Assembly (NCBI RefSeq): GCF_014697625.1
Contig: NZ_JACJSG010000005.1
Coordinates: forward strand, 68,561 to 100,560
DNA from: Anabaena azotica FACHB-119
GTDB taxonomy: Bacteria; Cyanobacteriota; Cyanobacteriia; Cyanobacteriales; Nostocaceae
Direction: 5' to 3'
Length of the DNA stretch: 32,000 bases
Positions 9,069-16,856 of the stretch are shown here, one piece after another (position 1 is the first letter of the stretch; every line of letters begins with the position of its first letter). Below the pieces are notes generated by a model. It made no database searches. It saw nothing but the letters and a program-made list of their open reading frames with translations, and was not told the DNA's origin. Both the position numbers and the translations under genes were made by a program.

Positions 9069-9096
9069 GTAGAGACGTTGCCTGCAACGTCTCTAC
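9069..9096. repeat. Palindrome GTAGAGACGTTG-CCTG-CAACGTCTCTAC (12-bp stem, 4-nt loop)
   Basis: Read directly, 43 nt after the stop of the CHASE2 gene. A related palindrome lies at 12991-13018. No T-run follows it. Confidence 0.85.
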
Positions 9097-9104
9097 TAAC
9101 TCAT

Positions 9105-9257
9105 CTTATATCAAGTTCGGCTAATTACTTATAATATGGTTGTTTTGGTCGGTAATTGGTAATAGCTAATAGGTAATTGTTGTGAGCCATTACCGATTAC
9201 CGATTACCTATTACCAGCCCCCAATATATGATAAGTATTTAAGCGGATATGATATTA
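9105..9257. mobile_element. MITE-like palindromic element, family A, copy 2 (153 bp)
   Basis: 152/153 identical to 6459-6611 and in the same orientation. Flanking sequence is unrelated on both sides. Confidence 0.85.
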
Positions 9258-9259
9258 AT

Positions 9260-9301
9260 CATCTGCGTTTATCTGCGTTTATCTGCGTTCAATTTTTTTC
9301 T
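9260..9301. repeat. Tandem 10-mer (C)ATCTGCGTTT x3 ending in ATCTGCGTTCAATTTTTTTCT
   Basis: Direct reading. Related to 3845-3910. Confidence 0.85.
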
Positions 9302-9430
9302 AAATCTACTGCCACATTTTAGTCTAGACAAGCTACTACATTATTTTTCGGTGCAATTTCATAGAGAATTGGTATAAGATTTACATGAAAATCCCATTGT
9401 TCTGTTGTAGTTGACTAGGTAACGCACAAT

Positions 9431-10177
9431 ATGGCATGGAAACCTATGAAAGTTGGTTTGACTATTGCTCTGGCATTGACGATATTTGTCAGTAACTCTA
9501 CATTAGGCAGCCTACACAGCAGTTCTGCGCCGCCGCCGCCGCCAGATACAGGTACACCCAAAGGTGATTCTACACCAGGAACAACCCGTCCCAGCGCCAC
9601 TTGTCCAAAGACGAGTAAACCTTTAACTGCCTTAGTAGCTAATAATGGTAATGACTATACGCTTTTGGAGCATCCAACTTTTTGGTTTTATATTCCCTAT
9701 GCTCCTGAGCAAATAAATTATATGGAGTTTTTGCTGCTTGATGGTGATGAGCGTCAGACTATTTACCGAACTGCGGTAAAGTTGGTAGAAAAATCAGGTA
9801 TTATCAAAATTACAATCCCCGCCAAGTCGGAGTATTCTTTTAAAGTCAACGAAACTTATCGTTGGTATTTTAAAGTTAACTGTAAACTAGAACAAAACAA
9901 TCAGCCTGAGCTAGTTTTAAACGGTTGGGTGCAACGACAACCTCTCAACTCCAAGCTGAAAAATCAGATAGAGATGGCGAAGTCTCAAGAATACTTTATT
10001 TATAAACAAAATAATCTTTGGTATGATGCGATCGCTAATCTTGCTCAACAGTATTTTGCTAATCCAGCAAATCAGCAATTAAATCAGGATTGGGCTAATC
10101 TTGTGAAATTGCTGGGCTATTCCTGGGTCGTTCAAGAACCATTGGTAGATGCGGTGTTAATAGCACCCGTCGATTAA
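9431..10177 (+). CDS. Secreted DUF928-family protein
   Basis: Signal peptide (MKVGLTIALALTIFVSNSTLG), then a PPPPPDTGTP linker. Motifs I associate with DUF928 are present: HPTFWFYIPY and ETYRWYFKVNC. Confidence 0.75.
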   Translation: MAWKPMKVGLTIALALTIFVSNSTLGSLHSSSAPPPPPDTGTPKGDSTPGTTRPSATCPKTSKPLTALVANNGNDYTLLEHPTFWFYIPYAPEQINYMEFLLLDGDERQTIYRTAVKLVEKSGIIKITIPAKSEYSFKVNETYRWYFKVNCKLEQNNQPELVLNGWVQRQPLNSKLKNQIEMAKSQEYFIYKQNNLWYDAIANLAQQYFANPANQQLNQDWANLVKLLGYSWVVQEPLVDAVLIAPVD

Positions 10178-12867
10178 AGCCAATTACCAACTAAAACATA
10201 ACCTGCCCAATAATAAGGATTTTGATACTTTCGTTCTTTCATCAAAACTTGCCCTGCGCGATGGAGTGCCATAGCCTTGCTCATTCCTGGCTGACTTAAC
10301 TCTTTGTAGAATTGCTGCATCAGCTTGACAGTAGAATCATCGCTAACTTGCCACAAAGTAGCTAAGGTACTGCGAGCGCCAGAACGAACAGCTAACCCAG
10401 CTAAACCTAAAGTTGCCCGGTTGTCTCCTGCTGCTGTCTGACAAGCACTCAGGACAAACAACTCTATAGGGCTAGATGTTCTTTTTTGGCTACTTGTCAA
10501 TAAGTTCTCTAAATCATTGGCTCTGAGGAGTTCGCCATAGGCGAGAATAAAAGTCTGTTCGGGGTCAGAACTGAAATTACCGTGAGTCGCCAAATGGACT
10601 GCGGAAAATCCACCAGAGTTAAAATTTTCTTGGAGGTTGGCTTTAGTAAATTGGGCGTTCATCAAGATTTTACTTGATGTTATCTGCTGAATTTGTTGCA
10701 ACTCTTCTGTAGCATTAATTGCCGCAAAATAGCGATTTTCTACTTCTAAAGCAGTATTAATGCCAGCACCTAAAACTTTTAATTGCTGAGACCTGGGTCG
10801 TAGGTCAAACAGTTGAGCGTTGGGTAGAACGGCAAGAGCGTACTTTTTTTCAATCAGATATTCGTTGGCTTTACTATCATAAAGGACGGACATGGGAATA
10901 TTACGCAAGTTCCCATCAAGTACAAACACTAAGGTTTGAACTTCCTTACTCTTTTGCAAATGTGGCTCTAGTGGTTCGAGCAACCATCGATAAATTTGTT
11001 GAGAATTTTCGCGGATTTTTCCCGCATTGCGCCCTAATAAGGCTGTTTTCAATTGTTCGAGGGTTTTTTCCACCACCGTCTGGGGAATTAAAGAGCTATA
11101 ATTTCCTATTGGTTGCCCTGGCAATTGAAAAATTACTTCTAATCTATCTTTGAGAATTATCGGGTAAATAAATGCTGCTTGGCGCGAGGCTTGATTTGGG
11201 TTCTGGTTGAGCGATACTATTTGACCAAGGTTACAACCAAGGTAATTTTCTAGTTCTGCCAGTTGTAAAGAGTCTGTATATGCGATCGCTTTTCGCAAAT
11301 TTTCTTGATTCGCTTGACCATTTTCTTGGTTGCTTAAGAGCAAATCTACTAATTCCCGGTAAACTGGCTCTACCTGATCTCTAAAAGATAACTGCACATC
11401 TGGATTAATGGTGAATAAGTCGCGACGCACAGATTTTAGCGTATCTACAGCCGCGATGTAGCTAGCGATCGCTCTTTTGTTATCCCCCTGTTTTTTCAGC
11501 AAGCGTCCTAACTGCCATTCCCAGCGATACTCAATTTCTCCAGCTTGAATCTCTTGGGCAATTAATAGCGCTTGTTCGGTCAGGTGTTGAGCCTCTGACC
11601 ACTGTTTGGTCAATTCATACAACCCTCCTAATTGACCCAGGGCATAGGATTTAGCTCTGCGGTCTTGCAAGCTTTCCGCCTGTTGGACTGCAACGGCTAA
11701 TATCTGCGCTATATCTCGCCATGTAGGGGTTTGTGCAACTTGGTTCTGAGTCGGTAGCTGTTGTTGAGGTCTTTTTATGCAAAAAGTTGTTTCTTTGTCA
11801 ATATCAGGGCGCAGACAAGTTAAGCTTTGGGCTAAATTAAGTCGGGCGTAGATGGCTGTACGGCTAGGAGGTAGGTTAGTAATGGACTGCTGAATTTGCG
11901 TCCACAGTTTGGCTGCTGCTACCGACTGTCCAGTTTCTACCCACAGACTTAATAGATTCAGTTGGGGTTGAATTTGCAGCCCCAATTCTGAAGCTTGTTG
12001 ATAAAATTGGCTTGCTTGTTGAGCGTGCTGAATTGCTTGTTCTTGTTTACCGAACGTAAAGGCTTGATTACTTAAGGCTCGTTCAGTATTGCCCAATTCC
12101 AAAAGCACTGAAGCTTTGGTTGAAGATTGTTCAGCTACTTGCAGACTTGCAGTTAAAACTTGCCGAGACTGAGTTAGCTTGCTAATTCGCCTGAGAGCAT
12201 TACCGAGGCGAAGTAAACCTGTAGCCTGGAGTTGAGGGTCAGATTCTAACTGGAGGAGATGGTTAATCTGCTGTAAAGTTGTTTCAGCTTGGCGGCTCAA
12301 CCCTAGAGCTTGTAAGGCTTTTGCTTGGTTAAGAAAACTACCAATCATCCCTAATTTATCGCCAGCTTGGGCGTAAGTAGCTGATGTCTGCTTCCAGGTG
12401 GCTAGGGCTTGTGCTAATTTTCCCTGAGCCAATTGTAAACTGCCTTGAGTATTGAGGGCTTTTGCTTGAATTTCTCGGTAAGTCTGCAAGTCAGATGATG
12501 CAGGAGGATTTTGTAGGAAGTTGAGACTTTTAGCGATCGCCACCTCAGCCGCCGACCACTGCCCCAAGTCCTGATACACTGAGGAAAGATTGCTCCAGAC
12601 CAATGCTAATTTCAGGTTATCGCCTTGTTGGGCAAATATAGCAGCTGCTTGCAACCAGACTTTCACTGCATCAGCCAACTGTTGAGCTTGGTAAGATTGT
12701 ATACCCTGTTGTAGTAATAATTGGGCATTTGCAGATTGAGCGATCGTTGGCGAAGCACCTTTTACCTGTTGAGGGAACACAACAGTAACGCCAATGCTAA
12801 ACATCAAAAGTGTTAGCAGCATTAGTCCTTGCATTCGTCGAAAAGCGGCTCGGAAAAACTTTGACAC
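10174..12867 (-). CDS. Secreted or periplasmic TPR-repeat CHAT-domain (caspase-like) protease
   Basis: Basic n-region plus hydrophobic core (FRRMQGLMLLTLLMFSIGVTVVF). About 450 aa of TPR-like repeats follow. The C-terminal CHAT domain has a His-Cys dyad context (VHLATHGNF, LFVLSACQTAAGD) and the tail YYWAGYVLVGNWL. The listed start is GTG at 12867; an in-frame ATG at 12834 is an alternative. Confidence 0.88.
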   Translation of the reverse strand: MSKFFRAAFRRMQGLMLLTLLMFSIGVTVVFPQQVKGASPTIAQSANAQLLLQQGIQSYQAQQLADAVKVWLQAAAIFAQQGDNLKLALVWSNLSSVYQDLGQWSAAEVAIAKSLNFLQNPPASSDLQTYREIQAKALNTQGSLQLAQGKLAQALATWKQTSATYAQAGDKLGMIGSFLNQAKALQALGLSRQAETTLQQINHLLQLESDPQLQATGLLRLGNALRRISKLTQSRQVLTASLQVAEQSSTKASVLLELGNTERALSNQAFTFGKQEQAIQHAQQASQFYQQASELGLQIQPQLNLLSLWVETGQSVAAAKLWTQIQQSITNLPPSRTAIYARLNLAQSLTCLRPDIDKETTFCIKRPQQQLPTQNQVAQTPTWRDIAQILAVAVQQAESLQDRRAKSYALGQLGGLYELTKQWSEAQHLTEQALLIAQEIQAGEIEYRWEWQLGRLLKKQGDNKRAIASYIAAVDTLKSVRRDLFTINPDVQLSFRDQVEPVYRELVDLLLSNQENGQANQENLRKAIAYTDSLQLAELENYLGCNLGQIVSLNQNPNQASRQAAFIYPIILKDRLEVIFQLPGQPIGNYSSLIPQTVVEKTLEQLKTALLGRNAGKIRENSQQIYRWLLEPLEPHLQKSKEVQTLVFVLDGNLRNIPMSVLYDSKANEYLIEKKYALAVLPNAQLFDLRPRSQQLKVLGAGINTALEVENRYFAAINATEELQQIQQITSSKILMNAQFTKANLQENFNSGGFSAVHLATHGNFSSDPEQTFILAYGELLRANDLENLLTSSQKRTSSPIELFVLSACQTAAGDNRATLGLAGLAVRSGARSTLATLWQVSDDSTVKLMQQFYKELSQPGMSKAMALHRAGQVLMKERKYQNPYYWAGYVLVGNWL

Positions 12868-12990
12868 TACTTAACTCTTAACTCCAGTATTTCTTATATT
12901 TTGCCCCACTCTCTTGTTGCCAAAATAACAGCCCCAAAACCTACAGCATATTGTGGGTAAATGAGGTACAAGCGTAAAACCCAAAACCAT

Positions 12991-13018
12991 GTAGAGACGT
13001 TACATGTAACGTCTCTAC
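12991..13018. repeat. Perfect 28-nt palindrome GTAGAGACGTTACATGTAACGTCTCTAC
   Basis: Read directly. It lies in the 288-nt gap between the TpsA-like gene and the CHAT gene and shares the stem family of 9069-9096. Confidence 0.9.
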
Positions 13019-13155
13019 AGTATGTCACGAATAGCGAAACTGCTGTAACTATTTCGTAGGGTGGGGAGTGCATCGCCACCTGCTGATATCATATCCGCTT
13101 ACAATCATCAAACCTATACTTTAAAAGCCTTCCACCCTATTCCCTTTCCCCTGCT

Positions 13156-15516
13156 TTAACGCCAGCCACAATCAACTGGGGATGGGTAAGCAATTAATTC
13201 TACATTCCCCTGTTTATTAATAATCCAACCTTGAGCTTCCACAATGCGCTCAGGAGTTGTGGAAACTGAGTTTTCAGCTAATTGTCTTGGCAGTTGCACA
13301 TCTCTCCAAACTTCATTGCTATCAAGGGGTTCATAAGGATTAGGTGGCAAACCACCACGCCCAGTAGCGATAAAAGAACTTTGGCTTTGCCGACTACCAG
13401 GGGTGCAAGCGGTGGAAATTTTTTGCGAAGCATCTAATACATTAATCGGCTGTTCGACTAACCCGTTTCTCACATCTACATCCGGTGTGTTAATTTGCAC
13501 TAAGCCATTAAATGCGGAATCTCTACCAGTAGCAGTGATATCGCTTTCTGAGGTAGGCTCATTACGATACTCAATACCAAAAACGTTGAGAGCGTCAATT
13601 TCTACATTACCACCACGGAAATCTTCTGAATTAGCACTAATATCACTATTTTCCCCAGGAACAGCAATAATAAAACCATTTCTGGCATTAATACTAATGT
13701 CACCACCAGTAACATTATTGCCAGTTGCGTTAGTGGTAATAGCGCTTTGATTGCGTAAGATTAACAAGGGTGTCTTCACAAAAATATACCCACCACCACC
13801 TGTAGTGTCAGCAGTGATTTTGCCTCTGTTGTTCAGATTGATAGAGCCAGCATCTACTGTCAAGTTACCTGCTCTGCCAAAGCCTTGATTACTGACGCTA
13901 ATTTCCGCACCATCTTGAACAGTTAATCTTCCTGTAATAATCGTCAAGTCACCAGCACTACCAGAACCTTCGCTAGCAGCGAACAAACTACTAGGAGCAA
14001 TTTGACCTTTCTTATCTATACCAGTGCCACTCACAACTACAGAATCAGGGGCATCTATATATAAAGTCCCCGCCTCACCCAGGCTACCAGCTATTGCTGC
14101 AACTGACATCCTGGCACCATCTTTAACAACTAGACGCTGAGTTTTGATGATTATGTCTCCTCCCCGGCCTGTCACAGAAACGCCATCTTGTCCTCTACTC
14201 TGAGAAATCAGTCCACTGGGAAAATCAAGATTATCTTTGACTGTGAAACCAATTGCTTCTATAGATTCATCGGCATTTACGCTCAATCTTCCCCCATCGC
14301 CAGCACTAAGAGTAGAAGTTGTCATTTGCCCTCCGTCACGGAGAATTACTTTCTTAGTATCAATGTGCATTTCTCCAGCATCACCAGCATCCTTTTGTGT
14401 ACTAAAACTGCGAACCCTTAAGCTAGAATATAAATTTCCGCCTCCTACTATCTCTACAAATTCATCGGCATCAACAGTTAAACTCCCTCCCTGTCCAACG
14501 CCTTCAGTAGAAGCTTCTATCATTCCACCTTCATAAACTAACAACCGCTTCGTTTCAATTATTATGTTCCCTCCTACTTTACTGCTATTAGTTAAGGTAA
14601 ATAGTCTAGAGTCACCATTGACTTCTACAGATTCAGATCCTTTGATTATTAAAGGTTGACCTGAGTTATTTCCATTGGTTGTCCCTCCTACTTGTGAAAC
14701 ATTTTTGATTACAATATTCCTGCCATAAAACTGAATAGCTCCACTGCCTTCACCCTCTGTAAAAATATAGCTGTTTTTTATTTCAATATCTTGGAAGTTC
14801 TGTGAGCTAGCATACCCTAATGCCCAGCCTTGGGTCAGTGGAGTTAGTGTAACTAAACTATTGTTAGTAACACTTCCTAGCTCGATTCGACCTGCTGGTG
14901 CTTCTATTTCACTAGCATTTATGAATATATCACCACCTAAAAAAGCTAAGGTTTCACGAGGTGAAACACTGAGTGTAGACTCATTAATTTGAATTGGTTT
15001 AGCAGTTTGCCCAAATTGCAATCCCACAGGAACCTTTTCAGTCAGTAGAGGTGGTTTCTGGGTATCAGTAGCACTAAATTCAGTTCCATCAGCAAAAAGC
15101 ATTTTACTAGCTGTGCTGGCTATAAAAGAACCATTAATATTTAATGAAGCATTTACACCGAAAATAATGCCGTTGGGATTAATCAAAAACAGGTTGGCAG
15201 AACCTGTTGTTTGAAGTGAACCATTTATGTGAGAGCTTAAATTACCTGTGACACGGCTAATAATATTCTTAATATTTGAATTGTTTTCAAAGGAAGCTGT
15301 TCCTTTTTCAGGTACAGAAAATTCTTGAAAACTATGAAACAGGTTACTTCCTACTTGTTTACCATCAGTAATAGTGAAGTTTAGTTTATCAGGACTTTCA
15401 ACCTTAGTGCCTAAAGTATTGTCGGCAGTAATTTGTGCGTAGGTTATATCATTGGTTTTTACAAAGCATATAAATATCAAACTTAATGCCGAAAGATGCA
15501 AAATTTGCTTTTCCAT
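13156..15516 (-). CDS. Two-partner-secretion exoprotein (filamentous hemagglutinin N-terminal TPS domain plus beta-helix repeats), TpsA-like
   Basis: Signal peptide (LHLSALSLIFICFVKTNDITYA). TPS domain motifs NLFHSFQEFSV and LFLINPNGIIFG. Repetitive GG-I-I / L-V-DGA beta-helix-like segments follow. The conserved-looking C-terminus is RIVEAQGWIINKQGNVELIAYPSPVDCGWR. Confidence 0.88.
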   Translation of the reverse strand: MEKQILHLSALSLIFICFVKTNDITYAQITADNTLGTKVESPDKLNFTITDGKQVGSNLFHSFQEFSVPEKGTASFENNSNIKNIISRVTGNLSSHINGSLQTTGSANLFLINPNGIIFGVNASLNINGSFIASTASKMLFADGTEFSATDTQKPPLLTEKVPVGLQFGQTAKPIQINESTLSVSPRETLAFLGGDIFINASEIEAPAGRIELGSVTNNSLVTLTPLTQGWALGYASSQNFQDIEIKNSYIFTEGEGSGAIQFYGRNIVIKNVSQVGGTTNGNNSGQPLIIKGSESVEVNGDSRLFTLTNSSKVGGNIIIETKRLLVYEGGMIEASTEGVGQGGSLTVDADEFVEIVGGGNLYSSLRVRSFSTQKDAGDAGEMHIDTKKVILRDGGQMTTSTLSAGDGGRLSVNADESIEAIGFTVKDNLDFPSGLISQSRGQDGVSVTGRGGDIIIKTQRLVVKDGARMSVAAIAGSLGEAGTLYIDAPDSVVVSGTGIDKKGQIAPSSLFAASEGSGSAGDLTIITGRLTVQDGAEISVSNQGFGRAGNLTVDAGSINLNNRGKITADTTGGGGYIFVKTPLLILRNQSAITTNATGNNVTGGDISINARNGFIIAVPGENSDISANSEDFRGGNVEIDALNVFGIEYRNEPTSESDITATGRDSAFNGLVQINTPDVDVRNGLVEQPINVLDASQKISTACTPGSRQSQSSFIATGRGGLPPNPYEPLDSNEVWRDVQLPRQLAENSVSTTPERIVEAQGWIINKQGNVELIAYPSPVDCGWR

Positions 15517-15711
15517 AAAAATTTAAATTTATATAGTCATACTTTTAGAAAAGTGCGTACACACTACTTATATAAAACAATAAGTAAGGTTAATCAATAA
15601 ATTAACCTCACTTCGCTCCAAGCATGACTTTATATAGTAATGTAATTATAATTTAGTCAGAAATCTCATAAGAATATTAAAGCATATCAAATATTTGTTT
15701 CGCAAGTGGCG

Positions 15712-15756
15712 TTGGGCATTGTCCACCATATCATGGTTTTGGTGGGCAATGCCCAC
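15712..15756. repeat. Imperfect 17-bp-stem hairpin built from GGGCAATGCCC-type palindromes
   Basis: TTGGGCATTGTCCACCA (15712-15728) faces TGGTGGGCAATGCCCAC (15740-15756), matching 15 of 17 by eye. Confidence 0.7.
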
Positions 15757-15816
15757 CCTACGGATACTACATATACTGAGATGTTTTCATAAATCAAATC
15801 GGATTCCTATATATAT

Positions 15817-15939
15817 AGGACTTACGCAAGTGTCATCATCACACTAACTGTAGGGTGCGTCAGACCCAATAATCTCGTACAAATTAAGAAATATTCCACA
15901 TCTGACGCACCCTACTATTGTTCCAGTTGCGTAAGTCCT
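15817..15939 (+). mobile_element. MITE-like element, family B, copy 2 (123 bp; best-preserved copy)
   Basis: Outer inverted repeat AGGACTTACGCAAGTG / CAGTTGCGTAAGTCCT. Perfect inner 15-bp inverted repeat GTAGGGTGCGTCAGA / TCTGACGCACCCTAC. Confidence 0.85.
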
Positions 15940-16079
15940 GATATGGTTAGGCAAAACCACTTAAAAATCTATTTTGCCTATTAATTCCTAATTGCTCCTA
16001 GTTTTAGGAGCAATAGCTTTGTCAAAAATAGAGGTAATCTAGCTTTTGCTTAAATAGTTTGAGACTACCAGATTTTTGA

Positions 16080-16502
16080 CTACTGGGAAAAACCGAAAAA
16101 CCGCCATAAAGTAGATAAGAAACTATAAATTCTTGTGAGAAATCTTTCATATTTGTTTGTTAGAGTTGCTCCTGGCGAACAGGTTCCACTCAGGCAATAT
16201 CCAATTTCACCATTACTTAAGGGGCATTTTAGCTGACCCTTGGGGCATATCTCTGAGAAACTGGATACTGGTTCTTCCCTATTAACATCCATTAAAAGTT
16301 TAGCGTTAAGTTCTTTTCCTATATTGAATAAATTTTCACTACTTGCCTTTATAGATGAGGCTGGAAGGAGGATTTCTGAGTCAGTCAATTTTGACGTAAC
16401 CTGTGGCATTGGTGTTTGAACTTCTTCAGCCATAGCCATAGAGCTAAAGAAGAACATAAATGAAAAGGTGAAGGAGATTACAAAAGCAAGTGTACGTTTC
16501 AT
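16080..16502 (-). CDS. Small secreted hypothetical protein (140 aa) with a Cys-containing C-terminal half
   Basis: Clear signal peptide (MKRTLAFVISFTFSFMFFFSSMAMA-EE). The mature part contains CPKGQLKCPLSNGEIGYCLSGTC. I recognise no family, and the local sequence looks AT-rich. Coding status rests only on ORF length and the signal peptide. Confidence 0.5.
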   Translation of the reverse strand: MKRTLAFVISFTFSFMFFFSSMAMAEEVQTPMPQVTSKLTDSEILLPASSIKASSENLFNIGKELNAKLLMDVNREEPVSSFSEICPKGQLKCPLSNGEIGYCLSGTCSPGATLTNKYERFLTRIYSFLSTLWRFFGFSQ

Positions 16503-16710
16503 TGTTTATTTGCTCGTTATAGATAATTGGGTTGATACTGCAAAAGGCAAAAATTCTATAAAATTGACACTTCCGTGGTTTCAAACAGTCGTATTTTTTC
16601 TTCTTTGAGATTAATTTCTAGATACTAGGAAATATCTCATTTTTGGTTTTAAGCATTATCGTAATATGTAGATTTAATCCTCCTTGGTACTTGGCTTTAC
16701 TTGCTGTTTA

Positions 16711-16783
16711 CAGTATGTTGGATAGTTCAACTGAATAGTTGAGTTAAATTCAGGACTTTCAAAATTCAGGTAAATTCAGGTAA
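16711..16783 (+). repeat. Repeat C, copy 1: conserved ~75-nt element with palindrome TCAACT-GAAT-AGTTGA, upstream of the HTH-ATPase gene
   Basis: CAGTATGTTGGATAGTTCAACTGAATAGTTGAGTTAAATTCAGGA... aligns with 20461-20541, with 40 of the first 50 positions identical by eye. It ends in tandem AAATTCAGGT repeats. Confidence 0.75.
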
Positions 16784-16856
16784 AATAAGGATAATTTAGA
16801 TTCATACTTCTTGCTCAACCTTTAAGATTTTTAAATTAATTTAAAATGTACTTCTT

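Noticed and set aside
12894-13079. 61-aa ORF between the TpsA and CHAT genes
   Set aside because: It spans the 28-nt perfect palindrome and other hairpin sequence. It is most likely non-coding intergenic structure.
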